In this document: positions 55,201-64,000 of the stretch, in pieces
How positions within the stretch are numbered: position 1 is the first letter of the stretch
How the letters are laid out: each line of letters starts with the position of its first letter
NCBI GenBank assembly: GCA_964016885.1
Contig: OZ024742.1
Location: 165,044,001-165,108,000 of the forward strand
Direction: 5' to 3'
Length of the DNA stretch: 64,000 nt
Source of the DNA: Eledone cirrhosa
Taxonomy: Eukaryota
Translations under genes and position numbers: made by a program
The notes under the pieces: generated by a model
Seen by the model: the letters and a program-made list of their open reading frames with translations, nothing else
Database searches by the model: none
What the model was told of the DNA's origin: nothing

Positions 55201-58200
55201 TTTTTTACAAATTATCTCCCCTTGGCTGGCTGGAAATTATCTCCCCTTGGAGGCTGGAATTTATCTCCCCTTGGACGGCTAGAAATTACCTCTCCTTGGA
55301 CGGCTGGAAAATATGTCTCCTTGGACGGCTGGATATTATCTACCCTTGGACGGCTGGAAATTATCTCCCCTTGGACGGCTGGAAATTATCTCCTCTTGGA
55401 CGGCTAGATATTACCTCCCCTTGGACGGCTGGAAATTATCTCCCCTTGATTTTTTTACAAATTATCTCCCCCTGATTTTTTTACAAATTATCTCCCCCTG
55501 ATTTTTTTTACAAATTATCTCCGCCTAATTTTTTTAAATATTATCTCCCCTTGGACGGCTGGAAATTATCTCCCCTTGGACGGCTGGAAATTATCTCCCC
55601 TTGGACAGCTGGAAATTATCTGCCCTTGATTTTGTTTTTACAAATTATCTCCCCCTGATTTTTTTTACAAATTATCTCCACCTGATTTTTTAAAAAATTA
55701 TCTCCCCTTGGACGGCTGGAAATTATCTCCCCTTGATTTTTTTACAAATTATCTCCCCCTGATTTTTTTTACAAATTATCTCCCCCTGATTTTATGTTAC
55801 AAATTATCTCCCCCTGATTTTTTTTTACAAATTATCTCCCCCTGATTTTTTTTTACAAATTATCTCCCCCTGATTTTTTTTTACAAATTATCTCACCCTG
55901 ATTTTTTTTACAAATTATCTCTCCCTGATTTTTTTACAAATTATCTCCCCTTGGCTGGCTGGAAATTATCTCCCCTTGGAGGCTGGAAATTATCTCCCCT
56001 TGGACAGCTGGAAATTATCTGCCCTTGATTTTGTTTTTACAAATTATCTCCCCCTGATTTTTTAAAAAATTATCTTCCCTTGGCTGGCGGGAAATTATCT
56101 CCCCTTGGACGGCTGGAAATTATCTCCCCTTGGACGGCTGGAAATTATCTCCCCTTGGACAGCTGGAAATTATCTGCCCTTGATTTTGTTTTTACAAATT
56201 ATCTCCCCCTGATTTTTTTTACAAATTATCTCCACCTGATTTTTTAAAAAATTATCTCCCCTTGGACGGCTGGAAATTATCTCCCCTTGATTTTTTTACA
56301 AATTATCTCCCCCTGATTTTTTTTACAAATTATCTCCCCCTGATTTTATGTTACAAATTATCTCCCCCTGATTTTTTTTTACAAATTATCTCCCCCTGAT
56401 TTTATGTTACAAATTATCTCCCCCTGATTTTTTTACAAATTATCTCCCCCTGATTTTTTTTACAAATTATCTCCGCCTGATTTTTTTAAATATTATCTTC
56501 CCTTGGCTGGCGGGAAATTATCTCCCCTTGGACGGCTGGAAATTATCTCCCCTTGATTTTTTTTACAAATTATCTCCCCCTGATTTTTTTTTACAAATTA
56601 TCTCCCCCTGATTTTTTTTTACAAATTATCTCCCCCTGATTTTTTTTTACAAATTATCTCCCCCTGATTTTTTTTTACAAATCTCCCCCTGATTTTTTTA
56701 TAAATTATCTCCCCTTGGCTGGCTGGAAATTATCTCCCCTTGGAGGCTGGAATTTATCTCCCCTTGGACGGCTAGAAATTACCTCTCCTTGGATGGCTGG
56801 AAAATATGTCTCCTTGGACGGCTGGATATTATCTACCCTTGGACGGCTGGAAATTATCTCCCCTTGGACGGCTGGAAATTATCTCCCCTTGGACGGCTAG
56901 ATATTACCTCCCATTGGACGGCTGGAAATTATCTCCCCTTGATTTTTTTACAAATTATCTCCCCCTGATTTTTTTTTACGAATTATCTCCCCCTGATTTT
57001 TTTTTACAAATTATCTCCGCCTGATTTTTTTTTAAAAATTATCTCCCCTTGAACGGCTGGAAATTATCTCCCCTTGGACGGCTGGAAATTATCTCCCCTT
57101 GGACGGCTAGAAATTACCTCTCCTTGGACGGCTGAAAATTATCTCCCCTTGGACGGCTGCAAATTATCTCCCCTTGATTTTTTTAACAAATTATCTCCCC
57201 CTGATTTTTTTTTACAAATTATCTCCCCCTGATTTTTTTTACAAATTATCTACGCCTAATTTTTTTTACAAATTATCTCCCCCTGATTTTTTTTTACAAA
57301 TTATCTCCCCCTGATTTTTTTTACAAATTATCTCCCCTTGGCTGGCTGGAAATTATCTCCCCTTGGAGGCTGGAATTTATCTCCCCTTGGACGGTTAGAA
57401 ATTACCTCTCCTTGGACTGCTGGAAAATATGTCTCCTTGGACGGCTGGAAATTATCTCCCCTTGGACGGCTGGAAATTATCTCCCCTTGGACGGCTGGAA
57501 ATTATCTCTCCTCGGACGACTAGAAATTACCTCTCCTTGGACAGCTGAAAATTATCTCCCCCTGATATTTTTTACAAATTATCTCCCCCTGATTTTTTTA
57601 CAAATTATCTCCCCTTGGCTGGCTGGAAATTATCTACCCTTGGAGGCTGGAATTTATCTCCCCTTGGACGGCTAGAAATTACCTCGCCTTGGACGGCTGG
57701 AAAATATGTCTCCTTGGACGGCTGGAAATTATCTCCCCTTGGACGGCTGGAAATTATCTCCCCTTGGACGGCTGGAAATTATCTCCCCTTGGACGGCTAG
57801 ATATTACCTCCCCTTGGACGGCTGGAAATTATCTCCCCTTGATTTTTTTTACAAATTATCTCCCCCTGATTTTTTTTTACAAATTATCTCCCCCTGATTT
57901 TTTTTTACGAAGTATCTCCCCCTGATTTTTTTTTACAAATTATCTCCGCCTGATTTTTTTTTAAAAATTATCTCCCCTTGAACGGCTGGAAATTATCTCC
58001 CCTTGGACGGCTGGAAATTATCTCCCCTTGGACGGCTAGAAATTACCTCTCCTTGGACGGCTGAAAATTATCTCCCATTGGACGGCTGCAAATTATCTCC
58101 CCTTGATTTTTTAACAAATTATCTCCCCCTGATTTTTTTTTACAAATTATCTCCCCCTGATTTTTTTTTACAAATTATCTACGCCTAATTTTTTTTACAA

Positions 58201-60545
58201 ATTATCTCCCCCTGATTTTTTTTTACAAATTATCTCCCCCTGATTTTTTTTACAAATTATCTCCCCCTGATTTTTTTTTACAAATTATTTCCCCCTGATT
58301 TTTTTACAAATTATCTCCCCCCTGATTTTTTTTACAATCTCCGCCTGATTTTTTTAAAAATTATCTTCCCTTGGCTGGCGGGAAATTATCTCCCCTTGGA
58401 CGGCTGGAAATTATATCCCCTTGGAAGGATGGAAATTATCTCCCCTTGGACGGCTGGAAATTATCTCCCCTTGGACGGCTGGAAATTATCTCCCCTTGGA
58501 CAGCTGGAAATTATCTGTCCTTGATTTTGTTTTTACAAATTATCTCCCCCTGATTTTTTTTACAAATTATCTCCACCTGATTTTTTAAAAAATTATCTCC
58601 CCTTGGACGGCTGGAAATTATCTCCCCTTGATTTTTTTTACAAATTATCTCCCCCTGATTTTTTTTTACAAATTATCTCCCCCTGATTTTTTTTTACAAA
58701 TTATCTCCCCCTGATTTTTTTTTACAAATTATCTCACCCTGATTTTTTTTACAAATTATCTCTCCCTGATTTTTTTACAAATTATCTCCCCTTGGCTGGC
58801 TGGAAATTATCTCCCCTTGGAGGCTGGAATTTATCTCCCCTTGGACGGCTAGAAATTACCTCTCCTTGGACGGCTGGAAAATATGTCTCCTTGGACGGCT
58901 GGATATTATCTACCCGTGGACGGCTGGAAATTATCTCCTCTTGGACGGCTAGATATTACCTCCCCTTGGACGGCTGGAAATTATCTCCCCTTGATTTTTT
59001 TTACAAATTATCTCCCCCTGATTTTTTTTTACAAATTATCTCCCCCTGATTTTTTTTACAAATTATCTCCCCCTGATTTTTTTACAAATTATCTCCCCTT
59101 GGCTGGCTGGAAATTATCTCCCCTTGGTGGCTGGAATTTATCTCCCCTTGGACGGCTAGAAATTACCTCTCCTTGGAAGGCTGGAAAATATGTCCTTGGA
59201 CGGCTGGATATTATCTACCCTTGGACGGCTGGAAATTATCTCCCCTTGGACGGCTGGAAATTATCTCCCCTTGGACGGCTAGATATTACCTCCCATTGGA
59301 CGGCTGGAAATTATCTCCCCTTGATTTTTTTTACAAACTATCTCCCCCTGATTTTTTTTTACGAATTATCTCCCCCTGATTTTTTTTTACAAATTATCTC
59401 CGCCTGATTTTTTTTTTAAAATTATCTCCCCTTGAACGGCTGGAAATTATCTCCCCTTGGACGGCTGGAAATTATCTCCCCTTGGACGGCTAGAAATTAC
59501 CTCTCCTTGGACGGCTGAAAATTATCTCCCCTTGGACGGCTGCAAATTATCTCCCCTTGATTTTTTTAACAAATTATCTCCCCCTGATTTTTTTTTACAA
59601 ATTATCTCCCCCTGATTTTTTTTTACAAATTATCTACGGCTAATTTTTTTTTACAAATTATCTCCCCCTGATTTTTTTTTACAAATTATCTCCCCCTGAT
59701 TTTTTTTACAAATTATCTCCCCCTGATTTTTTTTACAAATTATCTCCCCCTGATTTTTTTACAAATTATCTCCCCCCTGATTTTTTTTACAATCTCCGCC
59801 TGATTTTTTTAAAAATTATCTTCCCTTGGCTGGCGGGAAATTATCTCCCCTTGGACGGCTGGAAATTATATCCCCTTGGAAGGATGGAAATTATCTCCCC
59901 TTGGACGGCTGGAAATTATCTCCCCTTGGACGGCTGGAAATTACCTCCCCTTGGACAGCTGGAAATTATCTGCCCTTGATTTTGTTTTTACAAATTATCT
60001 CCCCCTGATTTTTTTTACAAATTATCTCCACCTGATTTTTTAAAAAATTATCTCCTCTTGGACGGCTGGAAATTATCTCCCCTTGGACGGCTGGAAATTA
60101 TCTCCCCTTGATTTTTTTTACAAATTATCTCCCCCTGATTTTTTTTTACAAATTATCTCCCCCTGATTTTTTTTTACAAATTATCTACCCCTGATTTTTT
60201 TTTACAAATTATCTCCCCCTGATTTTTTTTTACAAATTATCTCTCCCTGATTTTTTTTTACAAATTATCTCCCCCTGATTTTTTTTTACAAATTATCTAC
60301 CCCTGATTTTTTTTTACAAATTATCTCCCCCTGATTTTTTTTACAAATTATCTCCCCCTGATTTTTTTTACAAATTATCTCCCCCTGATTTTTTTACAAA
60401 TTATCTCCCCCCGATTTTTTTTACAAATTATCTCCGCCTAATTTTTTTAAATATTATCTTCCCTTGGCTGGCGGGAAATTATCTCCCCTTGGACGGCTGA
60501 AAATTATCTCCCCTTGGACGGCTGGAAATTATCTCCCCTTGATTT
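49245..60545 (+). repeat. Tandem duplication of ~5.74 kb; the second copy is ~205 bp shorter
   Basis: Offset is 5,738 for 49484/55222, 50977/56715 and 53054/58792, then 5,533-5,535 for 53640/59173, 54292/59826 and GCCTAA 54901/60436. Confidence 0.9.
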
Positions 60546-60549
60546 TTTT

Positions 60550-63500
60550 ACAAATTATCTCCCCCTGATTATTTTTTACAAATTATCTCCCCCTGATTTT
60601 TTTTTACAAATTATCTCCCTCTGATTTTTTTTACAAATTATCTCCCCTTGGCTGGCTGGAAATTATCTCCCCTTGGAGGCTGGAATTTATCTCCACTTGG
60701 ACGGTTAGAAATTACCTCTCCTTGGACTGCTGGAAAATATGTCTCCTTGGACGGCTGGAAATTATCTCCCCTTGGACGGCTGGAAATTATCTCCCCTTGG
60801 ACGGCTGGAAATTATCTCTCCTCGGACGACTAGAAATTACCTCTCCTTGGACAGCTGAAAATTATCTCCCCTTGGACGGCTGGAAATTATCTCCCCTTGA
60901 TTTTTTTTACAAATTATCTCCCCCCGATTTTTTTTTACAAATTATCTCCCCCTGATTTTTTTTTACAAATTATCTCCCCCTGATTTTTTTTACAAATTAT
61001 CTCCCCCTGATATTTTTTACAAATTATCTCCCCCTGATTTTTTTACAAATTATCTCCCCTTGGCTGGCTGGAAATTATCTCCCCTTGGAGGCTGGAATTT
61101 ATCTCCCCTTGGACGGCTAGAAATTACCTCGCCTTGGACGGCTGGAAAATATGTCTCCTTGGACGGCTGGAAATTATCTCCCCTTGGACGGCTGGAAATT
61201 ATCTCCCCTTGGACGGCTGGAAATTATCTCCCCTTGGACGGCTAGATATTACCTCCCCTTGGACGGCTGGAAATTATCTCCCCTTGATTTTTTTTACAAA
61301 TTACCTCCCCCTGATTTTTTTTTACAAATTATCTCCCCCTGATTTTATTTTACGAATTATCTCCCCCTGATTTTTTTTTACAAATTATCTCCGCCTGATT
61401 TTTTTTTTAAAATTATCTCCCCTTGAACGGCTGGAAATTATCTCCCCTTGGACGGCTGGAAATTATCTCCCCTTGGACGGCTAGAAATTACCTCTCCTTG
61501 GACGGCTGAAAATTATCTCCCCTTGGACGGCTGCAAATTATCTCCCCTTGATTTTTTAACAAATTATCTCCCCCTGATTTTTTTTTACAAATTATCTCCC
61601 CCTGATTTTTTTTTACAAATTATCTACGCCTAATTTTTTTTACAAATTATCTCCCCCTGATTTTTTTTTACAAATTATCTCCCCCTGATTTTTTTTACAA
61701 ATTATCTCCCCCTGATTTTTTTTTACAAATTATTTCCCCCTGATTTTTTTACAAATTATCTCCCCCCTGATTTTTTTTACAATCTCCGCCTGATTTTTTT
61801 AAAAATTATCTTGCCTTGGCTGGCGGGAAATTATCTCCCCTTGGACGGCTGGAAATTATATCCCCTTGGACGGCTGGAAATTACCTCCCCTTGGACAGCT
61901 GGAAATTATCTGCCCTTGATTTTGTTTTTACAAATTATCTCCCCCTGATTTTTTTTACAAATTATCTCCACCTGATTTTTTAAAAAATTATCTCCCCTTG
62001 GACGGCTGGAAATTATCTCCCCTTGATTTTTTTACAAATTATCTCCCCCTGATTTTTTTTACAAATTATCTCCCCCTGATTTTTTTTTACAAATTATCTC
62101 CCCCTGATTTTTTTACAAATTATCTCCCCCTGATTTTTTTTACAAATTATCTCCGCCTGATTTTTTTAAATATTATCTTCCCTTGGCTGGCGGGAAATTA
62201 TCTCCCCTTGGACGGCTGAAAATTATCTCCCCTTGGACGGCTGGAAATTATCTCCCCTTGATTTTTTTTACAAATTATCTCCCCCTGATTTTTTTTTACA
62301 AATTATCTCCCCCTGATTTTTTTTTACAAATTATCTCCCCCTGATTTTTTTTTACAAATTATCTGCCCCTGATTTTTTTTACAAATTATCTCCCCCTGAT
62401 TTTTTTACAAATTATCTCCCCTTGGCTGGCTGGAAATTATCTCCCCTTGGAGGCTGGAATTTATCTCCCCTTGGACGGCTAGAAATTACCTCTCCTTGGA
62501 CGGCTGGAAAATATTTCTCCTTGGACGGCTGGATATTATCTACCCTTGTACGGGTGGAAATTATCTCCCCTTGGACGGCTGGAAATTATCTCCCCTTGGA
62601 CGGCTAGATATTACCTCCCCTTGGACGACTGGAAATTATCTCCCCTTGATTTTTTTTACAAATTATCTCCCCCTGATTTTTTTTTTACAAATTATCTCCC
62701 CCTGATTTTTTTACAAATTATCTCCCCCTGATTTTTTTTACAAATTATCTCCGCCTGATTTTTTAAAATATTATCTTCTCTTGGCTGGCGGGAAATTATC
62801 TCCCCTTGGACGGCTGAAAATTATCTCCCCTTGGACGGCTGGAAATTATCTCCCCTTGATTTTTTTTACAAATTTTCTCCCCCTGATTTTTTTTTACAAA
62901 TTATCTCCCCCTGATTTTTTTTTACAAATTATCTCCCCCTGATTTTTTTTTACAAATTATCTCCCCCTGATTTTTTTTACAAATTATCTCCCCCTGATTT
63001 TTTTTACAAATTATCTCCCCTTGGCTGGCTGGAAATTATCTCCCCTTGGACACTGTAAATTATAGCCCCTTGGAGGGCTGGAAATTATCTTACCTTGGAC
63101 GGCTGGAAATTATCTCTGCTTGATTTTTTTTACAAATTATCTCCCCCTGATTTTTTTTTACAAATTATCCCCCCCGATTTTTTTTACAAATTATCTCCCC
63201 CTGATTTTTTTTACAAATTATCTCCCCTTGGACGGCTGGAAATTATCTCCCCTTGGACGGCTGGAAATTATCTCTCCTTGGACGGCTAGAAATTACCTCT
63301 CCTTGGACGACTGAAAATTATCTCCCCTTGGACGGCTGCAAATTATCTCCCCTTGATTTCTTTTACAAATTATCTCCGCCTGATTTTTTTTTTTAAATTA
63401 TCTCCCCTTGGACGGCTGGAAATTACCTCCCCTTGGACGGCTGGAAATTATCTCCCCTTGGACGGCTAGAAATTACCTCTCATTGGACGGCTGAAAATTA

Positions 63501-64000
63501 TCTCCCCTTGGACGGCTGGAAATTATCTCCCCTTGATTTTTTTTACAAATTATCTCCCCCTGATTTTTTTTTTACAAATTATCTCCGCCTGATTTTTTTT
63601 TAAAATTATCTCTCCTTGGACGGCTGGATATTATCTCCCCTTTCATTTTTTTTACAAATTATCTCCCCCTGATTTTTTTTTACAAATTATCTCCCCCTGA
63701 TTTTTTTTTACAAATTATCTACCCCTAATTTTTTTTTACAAATTATCTCCCCCTGATTTTTTTTACAAATTATCTCCCCCTGATTTTTTTTTTACAAATT
63801 ATCTCCCCCTGATTTTTTTACAAATTATCTCCCCCTGATTTTTTTTACAAATTATCTCCGCCTGATTTTTTTAAATATTATCTTCTCTTGGCTGGCGGGA
63901 AATTATCTCCCCTTGGACGGCTGAAAATTATCTCCCCTTGGACGGCTGGAAATTATCTCCCCTTGATTTTTTTTACAAATTATCTCCCCCTGATTTTTTT
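60550..64000 (+). repeat. More diverged layer of the same satellite, outside the recent large duplications
   Basis: Contains variants I did not see elsewhere: CTCCACTTGG ~60691, CTTGCCTTGG ~61810, TTGTACGGGTGG ~62546, GGACACTGTAAATTATAGCCCC ~63048, CTCTGCTTGA ~63114, GATTTCTTTT ~63355 and CCCCTTTCATTTT ~63637. Confidence 0.8.

Larger units (their letters stand above)
1..64000 (+). repeat. Tandem satellite array of two interspersed monomer types (25-bp A and 26-29-bp B) sharing a ~16-bp core; runs off both window ends
   Basis: AAATTATCTCCCC or a close variant recurs every ~23-29 bp from base 1 to 64000, always in the same orientation. I saw no unique insert or inversion. Confidence 0.99.

Noticed and set aside
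384-63314. About 230 short + strand ORFs with repeats such as LDGWKLSPLGRLEIISPWTAGNYLP and FFYKLSPPD
   Set aside because: The 25-bp A monomer has no + strand stop and cycles through all three frames, so the same peptide appears in overlapping frames. Most starts are TTG, and the T-tracts shift frame freely. The lack of minus-strand ORFs is explained by TAA within AGATAA in each unit. There is no coding signal.
1-64000. CRISPR-like constant repeat plus variable spacer
   Set aside because: The 'spacers' are only ~9-13 bp and fall into two recurring classes rather than being unique. There is no leader and there are no cas genes.
1-64000. Canonical telomerase-type telomeric repeat
   Set aside because: There is no TTAGGG/TTAGG-like unit. 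Two monomer classes with inherited variants and kb-scale duplications indicate recombinational amplification, not copying from one template.
1-64000. Transposon, phase-variation cassette system or diversity-generating retroelement
   Set aside because: There is no transposase, recombinase or reverse transcriptase ORF, no terminal repeats or target-site duplications, and no expressed locus in the window.

Overview
The whole 64 kb window is one uninterrupted, head-to-tail, single-orientation satellite DNA array. I found no unique sequence, and no credible gene, RNA gene, transposon or CRISPR array. It is built from two short monomers sharing the core AAATTATCTCCCC(C/T)TG. Type A is AAATTATCTCCCCTTGGACGGCTGG (25 bp, 52% GC, one CpG). 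Type B is AAATTATCTCCCCCTGA-T(7-10)-AC (26-29 bp, about 29% GC). There are roughly 2,400 monomers (64,000/~26, an estimate). Runs of A alternate with runs of B, and the A runs come in a few stereotyped cassettes with diagnostic variants. These cassettes are amplified hierarchically by nested near-identical duplications with offsets of 468, 780, 2,939, 3,962, 5,738, ~7,009 and 26,660-29,783 bp, read from identical ORF-track entries and checked at marker variants. The last ~3.4 kb is a more diverged layer. All listed ORFs are by-products of the stop-free 25-bp monomer. The array is most consistent with eukaryotic (peri)centromeric or subtelomeric heterochromatin; I cannot name the species or satellite family. 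I cannot support a new protein-coding system. The most interesting signals are the two-letter grammar of the array, junction rules that expose recombination breakpoints, and length conservation at homopolymer junctions.
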